Notes: generated by a model not told the origin, from the sequence alone. Shown: positions 17,631-26,317, counted from the stretch's first letter. The stretch: DNA of 32,000 nt from Desulfotalea psychrophila LSv54 (GCF_000025945.1 NC_006138.1:2400001-2432000), one strand, 5' to 3'. A program made the numbers and translations.

Positions 17631-18971
17631 ATGAATCTTCAGCGCCGGCCTCATTTTTGTAGGGCCATTTTGTTATTTTCTCTCTGCACCTCCATCCTGC
17701 TCTCGCCACTGTTTTTTAGGCAGCGCTGTTATGCAGACACACAGACCCTGGCGGAAAGCGATGCCCTGACAGTTGGAGCGAAGGAGCAAGCGGTGGTGGG
17801 TTTAGCTGCTGCCCTACAGGCCACCATGAGTTACAATCCGGCAATAAAGGGGAAACGCGCCGAGCTCAACTCGTATGAGGCTAGAATCGACGGTGCCAAG
17901 GCGGGGCGATATCCATCTCTTTCTGCTCAGGCCAATAATGTTAATAATTACCTGGGCCAGTATGAACAGGGCATAGTGAGTATCCAGCAACCTCTGTGGG
18001 CTTTTGGGAAAATAGATAACGAGATTGACCGGGCAGAGGCCAACTATCACTCTGAGCAACTTGGACTATTACAGGTACAGCGGCAACTCATTGAAAATAC
18101 AGCTGCGGCCTACGCCCGTATAGAGGGAATCGAGAAGCGCGCCACAGTGGCTCGGCTGAATATCAGAGAGCACGAAAAACTTTATAATCGAATTAAACGA
18201 CGCGAAGAAGGCCACATGGCTTCCGAGGCTGATATGCGCCTGGCATACTCTCGTCTTATTCAGGCCAAGACCCAATTGATGCGTATTGGCGGTGAAAGAG
18301 ATATCGCCATTTCTAATCTACGCTTATTGACTCAAGCCGATGTTGCCGTTGATGCCGTTGTTGATAAAGATCTGACAGAATTACCGATGATAGCCGAGGT
18401 TGAAGATCGGGCCATAAAAAACAGTGCTGATGTCAGATACAAGAAGATGCGTTTAGACGTGGTTGCCTATGATGTCAAAAGAGAGAAAATCGCCTCGCTA
18501 CCAACCCTGTCTTGCCGGGTTGACTACGAATTTCTCGATAAACCGGAAAGCGGCGATAGAACCAGTTATGGCCTGGTACTCGAAGGCAATTTAGAAGGTA
18601 TGGGCTTTACCACTATTAGCCGGGTAAAAGGTGCCACATCCCGCGAAATAGCTGCACGGGAAGATGTGGACCTTACCACCAATGATGTGCTTAATCGGGT
18701 CCGTTCTCTGATGCTCGATCGCGCCATGCAGAGCTCTCTGAAAAATGCTCAAAGGGAATCGGTGCAGATTGTTGAATCAACCATGGCCTCCTTTATGCGG
18801 CAGTATGAATCGGGGCGAAAATCGTGGATTGATGTACTCAATACCCAACGTGAACTCACTGAATTGCGCTATCAGTTGGCCCAAATAGAAAATGATTGGC
18901 TCACCTCATCCCTACGCGTTTTGGCCGTGACGGGTGAGCTTGATCAACTGGCAGGAATTGAATCTCTATGA
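17631..18971 (+). CDS. TolC-family outer-membrane factor of the type I secretion system.
   Basis: The product is 446 aa with a signal-like N-terminus (ILLFSLCTSILLSPLFF). Its size and two-repeat coiled-coil-rich composition are typical of the family. The stop overlaps the ABC gene start (ATGA at 18968-18971). The OMP-ABC-MFP gene order matches lapEBC-type loci. Confidence 0.8.
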   Translation: MNLQRRPHFCRAILLFSLCTSILLSPLFFRQRCYADTQTLAESDALTVGAKEQAVVGLAAALQATMSYNPAIKGKRAELNSYEARIDGAKAGRYPSLSAQANNVNNYLGQYEQGIVSIQQPLWAFGKIDNEIDRAEANYHSEQLGLLQVQRQLIENTAAAYARIEGIEKRATVARLNIREHEKLYNRIKRREEGHMASEADMRLAYSRLIQAKTQLMRIGGERDIAISNLRLLTQADVAVDAVVDKDLTELPMIAEVEDRAIKNSADVRYKKMRLDVVAYDVKREKIASLPTLSCRVDYEFLDKPESGDRTSYGLVLEGNLEGMGFTTISRVKGATSREIAAREDVDLTTNDVLNRVRSLMLDRAMQSSLKNAQRESVQIVESTMASFMRQYESGRKSWIDVLNTQRELTELRYQLAQIENDWLTSSLRVLAVTGELDQLAGIESL

Positions 18972-21241
18972 TTAAAAATATACTAAAAACAGATAGTCCA
19001 GCTCGGCAGAAAGCATCTGAGAGGGGATGCGCTGAGATTGATCCCAGTTTTTTACAGCAAGATCTACCTGCAGGGGTCTTAAAACAACTTCTTGATCGCC
19101 TGGATATACCGGTGCAGACAGGTGCCCTTACTCATGCCTGTGAACAGGCACAAAAAGAGATGACCGAGGCATCGCCCAGCCAGCGGATTAACTTCATTTT
19201 TCATGCCTTACAGATCAGAGGCGTGCAGGTGGCTCAGCTACGCTGGACCCGTTTTGATCAGCGACGTCTCCCTGCGATGCTCTGCCATGGTGGCAGTTGG
19301 AAGTTAATCGAGCGCGGCCAGAGCGGCCAGTTAATTCTGACGGATGAAATGGGCGAGACATGCCAGTGCTGCGAAGCGGATTTGAGTGATGTCTTTGTCC
19401 TGTGGTTACATGTTCAGCAGAAGAGAGAGACTGGCCCCTCCTTAAAGGGCAACCTTGCTGCCCGTCTGCTCCTACGGGAGATGTTTAAAGATCGTCGCTG
19501 GCTTGTCAACGTCACTATTTCCACCATAATCATTAATGTTTTGGCGATTACCACCTCACTCTTTGCCCTGCAGGTCTATGATCGGGTAGTACCGACCCTG
19601 GCCTACGCGACCCTCTATACCCTGGTGGCTGGCATGGCGATTATGGTCAGTCTGGACTGGCTCCTCAAAACCCTGCGCGCCCGCATCCTCGACAGTGTCT
19701 CCTGTGCCGTCGACAGGAGTGTATCACAACAGGTATTTGACCACGTAATGCGTCTACAGCTCGATATTCGACCACGCAGCCTCGGAACTCTGGCGGCACA
19801 GGTCGGTGGACTTGACTCGGTTAAACAGTTTTTTACCTCCGGGGTGATTTTTGCCCTGATCGACATGCCCTTTGCCCTGATGTTTATTGCCTTTATCGCC
19901 ATTATTGGTGGTCCCATTGGCTGGGTATACCTGCTCTTGCTTCCAGTGGCGGCAACATTGGGTTGGATAACCCAAAAGCGCCTGCGCCGTTTAATGCGCG
20001 AGCAGATGATACGCTCCAACGAACGTCAGGGACTACTGGTGGATGCCATCCAAGGCAGTGAATCAATTCGTGCCAACAACGCCACCTGGCGTTTTTCTGA
20101 ACAGTGGCGTGAAATAACCACCTCTATCTCTCGTTACAATATACAGCAAAAGGCGATCAGCAATCTGGCGACGGTCTCAACGGGTAGCCTGTCAACCATA
20201 GCCTATGTTACGGCAATTGTTGTTGGGGTCGGCCAGATCGAGGCTGGTAACCTGACCATGGGCGCACTCATTGCCTGTAGTATTCTCGGTGGCCGGGTAA
20301 TTGCCCCCGTTGCCCAAAGTGTGCAGTATCTTGCCCAGTGGCAGAATATTGCCCAGGCACTGCAGATGGTCAATCAGGTACTGATCCTTAAGACAGATCG
20401 TCGTCCGGACCAGGAGCTGTTGATGCCCGACGAACGGCCTGCAACAGTTGAGCTGGAAGGGGTCCGTTTCTGCTATCCCGAGTCCCCCATACAGCAACTG
20501 AATATCGCTAAACTCAGCTTTAAGGCCGGTGACCGGGTGGCCCTGATCGGTAACGTTGGTTCCGGTAAATCGACACTGCTTAAGGTATTGGCCGGTCTCT
20601 ATGCACCAGCCGAAGGACGTGTCCGCTTAGGCAATGCCGATCTTTGGGAGATGGATCCTCATCTGGTAGCAGAACATATCGGCTACCTGCCACAGAGTGT
20701 CCATCTATTCAAGGGCACCCTACGCAGCAACCTGACACTCTCCGGTGCCGTCAGTGATTCCCACCTATTGCATATCGCCCATGAACTGGGGATTGATAGC
20801 ATTGCAGCCGAAAATCCCCGCAGCATGGAGCTACCCATCAGCGAAGGGGGCGAGGGGCTGTCCGGTGGTCAACGGCAGTTGGTTGGTCTGGCCCGGGTCT
20901 TCCTGGCCCAACCCACAATATGGTTACTGGATGAACCAACGGCTTCATTGGACAGCAACAGTGAACAGCAGGTGCTGGCAGCTATTGCCTCTCATATTAA
21001 GGCCGATGATATTCTCATACTATCAACCCATCGACCGGCACTTATCACCCAGCTGACGAACCGGGTTGTGGTGATGCAGCGCGGTGAGATAAGCGCCGAT
21101 GGCCCACCAGAAGTGGTACTACCACGACTGATGGGAAAAAGGACGAACCAGGCCCATGGTGCCAGAGAAGTACAGGTGCGTATGCCGATGCCTGCTGCCG
21201 TATATTCCGGAAACAACAGGGGGGCATATAATGTTATCTAA
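18968..21241 (+). CDS. Type I secretion ABC permease/ATPase (HlyB/LssB-like) with an N-terminal C39-like domain that shows no recognisable catalytic Cys motif.
   Basis: Motifs seen are Walker A GNVGSGKST (20549-20575), the ABC signature LSGGQRQ and Walker B IWLLDEPTASLD, with a six-helix TMD region. The first ~150 aa resemble a peptidase-like fold, but I saw no C39 catalytic Cys motif of the kind found in bacteriocin/RaxB exporters. Confidence 0.93.
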   Translation: MIKNILKTDSPARQKASERGCAEIDPSFLQQDLPAGVLKQLLDRLDIPVQTGALTHACEQAQKEMTEASPSQRINFIFHALQIRGVQVAQLRWTRFDQRRLPAMLCHGGSWKLIERGQSGQLILTDEMGETCQCCEADLSDVFVLWLHVQQKRETGPSLKGNLAARLLLREMFKDRRWLVNVTISTIIINVLAITTSLFALQVYDRVVPTLAYATLYTLVAGMAIMVSLDWLLKTLRARILDSVSCAVDRSVSQQVFDHVMRLQLDIRPRSLGTLAAQVGGLDSVKQFFTSGVIFALIDMPFALMFIAFIAIIGGPIGWVYLLLLPVAATLGWITQKRLRRLMREQMIRSNERQGLLVDAIQGSESIRANNATWRFSEQWREITTSISRYNIQQKAISNLATVSTGSLSTIAYVTAIVVGVGQIEAGNLTMGALIACSILGGRVIAPVAQSVQYLAQWQNIAQALQMVNQVLILKTDRRPDQELLMPDERPATVELEGVRFCYPESPIQQLNIAKLSFKAGDRVALIGNVGSGKSTLLKVLAGLYAPAEGRVRLGNADLWEMDPHLVAEHIGYLPQSVHLFKGTLRSNLTLSGAVSDSHLLHIAHELGIDSIAAENPRSMELPISEGGEGLSGGQRQLVGLARVFLAQPTIWLLDEPTASLDSNSEQQVLAAIASHIKADDILILSTHRPALITQLTNRVVVMQRGEISADGPPEVVLPRLMGKRTNQAHGAREVQVRMPMPAAVYSGNNRGAYNVI

Positions 21242-22445
21242 CAATCCTTTAGCGACAAATGAAATAGACAACGACAGGGCAATAGCTCGCCTTGAGAGTT
21301 ACCATCGCGGTCGTTACTCACTGGTCTTATGGCTATTGCTCATCGCCTTTGTTATCGTCATCCTCTGGGCATCTGTCTTTCAGTTGAACCAGGTTGCACG
21401 TGCCAGGGGCGAGGTGATTGCCAGTAGTCGGGTGCAGATTATTCAGTCGGTGGATGGTGGCGTGCTGGCGGAGTTGAACGTCAGGGAGGGCGACCAGGTA
21501 AAACCGGGGCAGGTACTGGCACGTCTCGACCAGACTCGATCTGGAGCTTCGGTGAAGGAGATCGAAGCGCGCCTGTCTGCCCTGAAGGCCAAGGCAACTC
21601 GTTTGCGGGCGGAGGTGACCGAGGTGGATAAACTTATCTTTCCTGAAGAGTTACTTAAACATCCTGAAACCGTGGCAGTGGAACGCGCTCTGTTCCAACA
21701 ACGACGCACCGGACTAAAAGAGGAGCTCAAAACCCTGAAGGTGGCGGTCAAGCTGGCCCAGGAAGAGGTGACCCTGCTGACCAATCTGGAGCGATCCGGC
21801 GATGTGAATCGTTCCGAGGTAATTCGTACCAAACGGGCACTCAATGATGCTAAATCCAAGTTAATCGTGCGCAAAAACCGTCATTTTGAAGAGGCGAGTA
21901 CCGAGCTGATTAAAGCTGAAGATGGTATTGCCCAGAATGAACAGATCTTCGCCCAACGAAAACAACAGCTGGAGGACAGTGTTTTTACCGCCCTGGTTCC
22001 CGGTATCGTTAAAAATGTCCGGGTGACGACCGTGGGCGGGGTACTGCGTGCCGGTGAGGAGTTGATGCAGATCATCCCCGTCGGTGATGATCTTATTATT
22101 GAAGCCAAGGTAAGTCCCACCGATATTGCCCTGGTACGTCCCGGTCTGGTAGCGACCATTCGTTTTGACCCCTTTGACTATACCATCTTTGGCGGAGTGA
22201 CCGGTAAGGTTGTCTACGTCAGTGCCGATACCCTTAAAGAGAAAACTGCCCGGGGCGAAGATATTTACTACCGTGTCCATGTCATTACAGAGATGACGCC
22301 CGTTACCACCACAACTGGCAAGGTACTCGATATCCTACCGGGGATGACCGCTCAGCTCGATATTCGTACCGGTGAGCGTAGTGTCCTTGAATATATGTTG
22401 AAACCATTGCGTAAGACTGTCAGTAACGCCTTCGGTGAACGTTAA
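21231..22445 (+). CDS. HlyD-family periplasmic adaptor (membrane fusion protein) of the T1SS.
   Basis: The product has one N-terminal TM segment (LVLWLLLIAFVIVILWASVF), a lipoyl-like motif GGVLAELNVREGDQVKPGQVLARLD, a long coiled coil and a C-terminal beta-barrel. I chose ATG 21231 (preceded by aacagggggg) over the track's 21156, which lies deep inside the ABC gene. Confidence 0.9.
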   Translation: MLSNNPLATNEIDNDRAIARLESYHRGRYSLVLWLLLIAFVIVILWASVFQLNQVARARGEVIASSRVQIIQSVDGGVLAELNVREGDQVKPGQVLARLDQTRSGASVKEIEARLSALKAKATRLRAEVTEVDKLIFPEELLKHPETVAVERALFQQRRTGLKEELKTLKVAVKLAQEEVTLLTNLERSGDVNRSEVIRTKRALNDAKSKLIVRKNRHFEEASTELIKAEDGIAQNEQIFAQRKQQLEDSVFTALVPGIVKNVRVTTVGGVLRAGEELMQIIPVGDDLIIEAKVSPTDIALVRPGLVATIRFDPFDYTIFGGVTGKVVYVSADTLKEKTARGEDIYYRVHVITEMTPVTTTTGKVLDILPGMTAQLDIRTGERSVLEYMLKPLRKTVSNAFGER

Positions 22446-22448
22446 GAG

Positions 22449-24158
22449 ATGCCTTTTCAAAAAAACATAAATTGCAAATATCCAGAGACTTTGCTGGTCG
22501 ATCCTGAGCAGATAGAGGGGTTAAAGGCAGAGGCCCTGGATCTTATCAGCCTGACTCTTTCTGTCGAGCAAATTTGCGATCTTGAGCTATTGTTAAATCG
22601 GGGTTTCTATCCTCTTGTTGCTTATATGGACCAGGCCTCTTATCTCTCTGTGCTAAAAAACATGAGACTAACGGATGGAACTCTTTGGCCCACCCCCATT
22701 TCTCTGGCTGTCTCGAAAAACAGGGTCGCTGGCTTAACAATAGGGCAGCGCCTAGCACTTAATGATCAGGAAGGTTTTCTTATCGCAATCCTGACCATTA
22801 GTGACATTTGGCAAGCAGATACAAGGCTGGAGGCCAAGGCCGTTTATGGTACCACTGATTCGGCCCGGCATCCTGGAGTACGAAAATTGTACGATTGCTC
22901 CGGCGATTACTATCTTGCCGGTTCTCTTGAGGGTATTTCTTTACCTGTTCATTATGATTTCCAATCTCTACGTCTAAGTCCTGCCGAGACTGTTCAACGT
23001 TTCATGACGAAGGGCTGGCAAAGGGTCGTTGGTTTTCAGACCGATGAGTATTTGCACTATGGTCACCATAAAATGATTATGGCCGCAGCGCAGGAGATAG
23101 GCGCAGCCGTTTTTATCCAAGCCCAAATTAACTGTCCCGGGGAAATCACCCATTACACCCATGTACGCTGTCATCAGGCCTTCACCAAGCTCTTTCCCAT
23201 AAATATGGCGGGACTTGGCTTGTTTGCTCTTCCGGCAAAAAAGACAGGACCGAGGGAGGCTCTTTTACAGGCGATAATCAAGAAAAATTTTGGTTGCACT
23301 CATTTCATGGTTGCCCCTGACCATGCAGACCCCTTTGCCGTCATGACTGATGAAAAGGCACTGTTTTATCCTCGGGGTGAGGCGCAAAAGCTCGTCGCTT
23401 ATTATGAAAAAGAGACCGAGATAACAATGATTCCTCAACGAGGGGTAGGATACTGCAAAAAGGATAAAAAATATATTTTTCAGGGGGCCAAAGGGGCTGA
23501 GAACAGTTCATTAATCGATTCGAAGGGATTAATGGGTCGATTAAAAAGAGAAGAAGAAATCCCTCCCTGGTTCACCTGTCCGAAGATTGTCCAAGAAATT
23601 CGCCATGATTTCCTCCCAAGGTCTGGGCAGGGCTTTACCATTTTCATGACAGGGCTTTCCGGAGCAGGGAAATCAACAATTGCCAAGGTATTACAGGTAA
23701 AGTTTGCGGAGATGCGTGAGCGGCCTGTAACACTGCTGGATGGTGATATTGTGCGACTCAATCTCTCCTCTGAACTTTCATTTTCCCAAAAAGACAGAAA
23801 TCTCAATGTCACCCGTATTGGTTTTGTCGCAGGTGAGATAACTAAAAATGGTGGTATAGCCCTATGTGCGCCCATCGCCCCCTATGAAGAGTCCCGCCAA
23901 GTAAACAGACGCTTAATTTCAAATTATGGAGGCTATATCGAAGTATATGTAGCAACACCCCTTCAGGTTTGTGAGCAGCGTGACAGCAAGGGACTCTATG
24001 CCAAGGCCCGATCCGGCCGGATCAAGAATGTAACAGGGATAACAGATCCGTATATTCCCCCGACGAATCCTGAAATTACCATCGATACCACAAACATTAA
24101 CCCCATGGATGCAGCAGAGAAGATACTGCTATATCTGAAGGGGGAAGGATACCTGTAA
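22449..24158 (+). CDS. Fusion of an ATP-sulfurylase-like N-terminal domain with an APS kinase (CysC-type) C-terminal domain. It is PAPS-synthase-like.
   Basis: The kinase half carries FMTGLSGAGKST (P-loop 23652-23678), LLDGDIVR, FSQKDRNLNVTRIGFVA and CEQRDSKGLYAKARSG.IKNVTGI. The sulfurylase half carries GPREALLQAIIKKNFGCTHFMV, but its active-site motifs are non-canonical (see findings). Confidence 0.9.
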   Translation: MPFQKNINCKYPETLLVDPEQIEGLKAEALDLISLTLSVEQICDLELLLNRGFYPLVAYMDQASYLSVLKNMRLTDGTLWPTPISLAVSKNRVAGLTIGQRLALNDQEGFLIAILTISDIWQADTRLEAKAVYGTTDSARHPGVRKLYDCSGDYYLAGSLEGISLPVHYDFQSLRLSPAETVQRFMTKGWQRVVGFQTDEYLHYGHHKMIMAAAQEIGAAVFIQAQINCPGEITHYTHVRCHQAFTKLFPINMAGLGLFALPAKKTGPREALLQAIIKKNFGCTHFMVAPDHADPFAVMTDEKALFYPRGEAQKLVAYYEKETEITMIPQRGVGYCKKDKKYIFQGAKGAENSSLIDSKGLMGRLKREEEIPPWFTCPKIVQEIRHDFLPRSGQGFTIFMTGLSGAGKSTIAKVLQVKFAEMRERPVTLLDGDIVRLNLSSELSFSQKDRNLNVTRIGFVAGEITKNGGIALCAPIAPYEESRQVNRRLISNYGGYIEVYVATPLQVCEQRDSKGLYAKARSGRIKNVTGITDPYIPPTNPEITIDTTNINPMDAAEKILLYLKGEGYL

Positions 24159-24652
24159 ATGTCACCTGCCAAAGAGAAGTGCCGTCTCATGTTTAATCCT
24201 GCCAACGTGGTCTGCCCCCATCGAACAGTCTCTTCATCGGGTTTATTTTATGTGCTGTTTTTTCTCGAATGCATCAGAAAAAATGGCATGGGTTATTCCC
24301 TGGTAGTACTTTTTTGCCTTTTGGCAATTACCGCTCCCTGTCGGACTGCCTAGCAGGTTCGATCTCTGTCTGGATTGGTGTAGCGATAATTTTTTTCCTA
24401 TCAGAACTTTATCAGCAACTACATCCTCTCTATTTGTGTAATCCCCTTGGCGCATCTATTTTCTCCAGTGTTTGGCTGGTTTTTTAATCTTTCCCGCTGT
24501 CTTGGATAGTTAAGTAATATCAATTAAATAAAAACATGTGCCTCTTGGTAAATGCTTTTTCCTCGCAAGCGAATTACCCCTTTGCCTTGACCTTCTCTCT
24601 TTTTTCCTATGTTATTATGCATGAGGCAATAAAATCTTATGGAGGTAGAGGA

Positions 24653-25027
24653 ATGAAAAAAATATACAGACTTGTTAGCAAAAGTCATTGTGATGCCGTT
24701 CTTAGAACAAGAAAGATTCCGCAATCGGACTGCTGGCAGGTGAGCATGGAGACTAAACGGACACAAATAGATGATGAGCAGGGTCAAACTGCAGAAGGAG
24801 ATTCTATCTATAACCCAGAAGAAGTTATGGCTCTGCTAGGTAACAATGAGCTACAGCATGGGCAGGAGGCCCAGGCCATAATTTCTTTTTTATTGGCAAG
24901 AAACTGTATTGAGTATACGGGATTCGGTGACGATCCTAAGCCCTGCTCGAAGGGTAGTAAAGAGGAAAATAGTTCAGCGCTAAAGGATGAGATAGAGGGG
25001 CAGGACGATGTCAAATATGCCCATTAA
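24653..25027 (+). CDS. Hypothetical acidic 124-aa protein.
   Basis: ATG 24653 sits 7 nt after a GGAGG (24641-24645). The track's upstream start at 24536 lacks an RBS. I recognise no motifs. Confidence 0.45.
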   Translation: MKKIYRLVSKSHCDAVLRTRKIPQSDCWQVSMETKRTQIDDEQGQTAEGDSIYNPEEVMALLGNNELQHGQEAQAIISFLLARNCIEYTGFGDDPKPCSKGSKEENSSALKDEIEGQDDVKYAH

Positions 25028-25216
25028 ATTTGCAATGAGCAGTTATAATGATCTTCTTCTTAGCAGATTTCAGCAAATTGAGGCAAGAGAATAAGCCTAA
25101 AAGCTAGGCTTACAGCTATTACCCAAACCAGGCAGATAAAGACGGATCAGAGGCAGGTCCGAGAGAGAAGGTGTGGGCCTCTGCTTCAAATGAATCTTAA
25201 CCACCAACATGGGTAA

Positions 25217-26047
25217 ATGAAACTTAAAGCACACTACCGAATCGTCTTAATATATCTGCTATTGGGCTTTTTTTGGATATTAATCTCTGATGCAGTCGTA
25301 AATAGCCTCTTTGAGGATAGGGCAGATATCATCTTTGCCGAGAATATTAAGGGTTGGTTCTTTATTGCCTTCAACGGCTTGCTCCTCTTCTTTCTTATAA
25401 AAAGAGAGATTAATGCCATAAAGGCGATAAATATTAAACTGATGGAGAGTTATGAGCAGACTATCATTGGCTGGATGCATGTTACTGACCTTCGCCATAG
25501 GGAAACAAAGGATCATACTGAGCGGGTAACGAAGATGACAGTTGCGCTGGCAAAGTTCTCTGGTATCAGCAAAAAAGAGGAACTGAAGAACATTGAACGG
25601 GGAGCAATGCTGCACGATGTGGGTAAAATTGGTATTCCCGATGCCATTTTAATTAAGCCAGGAAAGCTGAATGAAGAGGAGTGGAAACAGATAAAGAAGC
25701 ACCCGCAGATAGCGCATGATATTATATCTAATATTGCCTTTCTCAGACCCTGCATAGACATTCCATATTCTCATCATGAGAAGTGGGATGGTAGTGGTTA
25801 CCCGCTGGGTATAGGCGGAGATGAAATACCGATGGCGGCCAGATATTTCGCCATTGTTGATGTATGGGATGCCCTTATCCACCCCCGCATATACAAAGCG
25901 GCATGGACGGAAGAAGAGGTGTTAGCATATATTCAGGAGCAGTCAGGGAAACACTTTGATCCTGATATTGTAGAGTTATTCTTAGAAAACTATGAACAGA
26001 TAAGGGGTGATTTAATCTATCCAGAATGGGGGCCCCCATCGCCATAG
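25217..26047 (+). CDS. Membrane-anchored HD-GYP domain protein, a putative c-di-GMP phosphodiesterase.
   Basis: Two N-terminal hydrophobic helices are followed by HDVGKIGIPDAIL and HHEKWDGSGYP, the HD and GYP signatures. Confidence 0.88.
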   Translation: MKLKAHYRIVLIYLLLGFFWILISDAVVNSLFEDRADIIFAENIKGWFFIAFNGLLLFFLIKREINAIKAINIKLMESYEQTIIGWMHVTDLRHRETKDHTERVTKMTVALAKFSGISKKEELKNIERGAMLHDVGKIGIPDAILIKPGKLNEEEWKQIKKHPQIAHDIISNIAFLRPCIDIPYSHHEKWDGSGYPLGIGGDEIPMAARYFAIVDVWDALIHPRIYKAAWTEEEVLAYIQEQSGKHFDPDIVELFLENYEQIRGDLIYPEWGPPSP

Positions 26048-26073
26048 ATGATTGGGTCTGATGCCTCTACCTT

Positions 26074-26317
26074 GCCCTCTTTAAACAGATACCAGTTCTC
26101 CTCATCCTCGTCCGCAATCCAGCCAAGTCCGAAAAAGCCAATTCCTGAGATATTCTTTAATTTCAGGCTATCGTGGACATCTTTTTCCAGCTTTTGTCTG
26201 CTGGGTTTTTTAAAGTACGGCATTCCCGTAAATGCGGCCACCGCAACCCAAATTGCAACATTCGGATCAATTTTCCTTAAACGTGAAATCTACCTCTCTG
26301 CCTTTTGACTGATCAGT
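26074..26317 (-). pseudogene. Detached duplicate of the 3' end of the GH-A-like gene at 26850-27842.
   Basis: The translation FTGMPYFKKPSRQKLEKDVHDSLKLKNISGIGFFGLGWIADEDEENWYLFKEG matches the C-terminus of the 330-aa protein. Nothing corresponding to the first ~250 codons lies upstream of it. Confidence 0.75.

Noticed and set aside
21156-21230. Upstream start proposed by the ORF track for the HlyD-family gene.
   Set aside because: It would overlap the ABC gene by 86 nt and add a Cys/Arg-rich, non-homologous N-terminus. ATG 21231 has a purine-rich RBS and gives a typical short cytoplasmic tail plus TM segment.
24159-24487. Small + strand ORFs (64 and 72 aa) immediately after the PAPS-synthase-like gene.
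   Set aside because: They have no RBS, are overlapping and mutually exclusive, and have a hydrophobic low-complexity composition consistent with random AT-rich sequence.
25093-25113. 8-bp perfect hairpin TAAGCCTA-aaagc-TAGGCTTA downstream of the 124-aa ORF, and a 7-bp CAGAGGC/GCCTCTG pair at ~25150-25185.
   Set aside because: No T-run follows either, so they are not convincing intrinsic terminators. I recognise no riboswitch-like conserved core.
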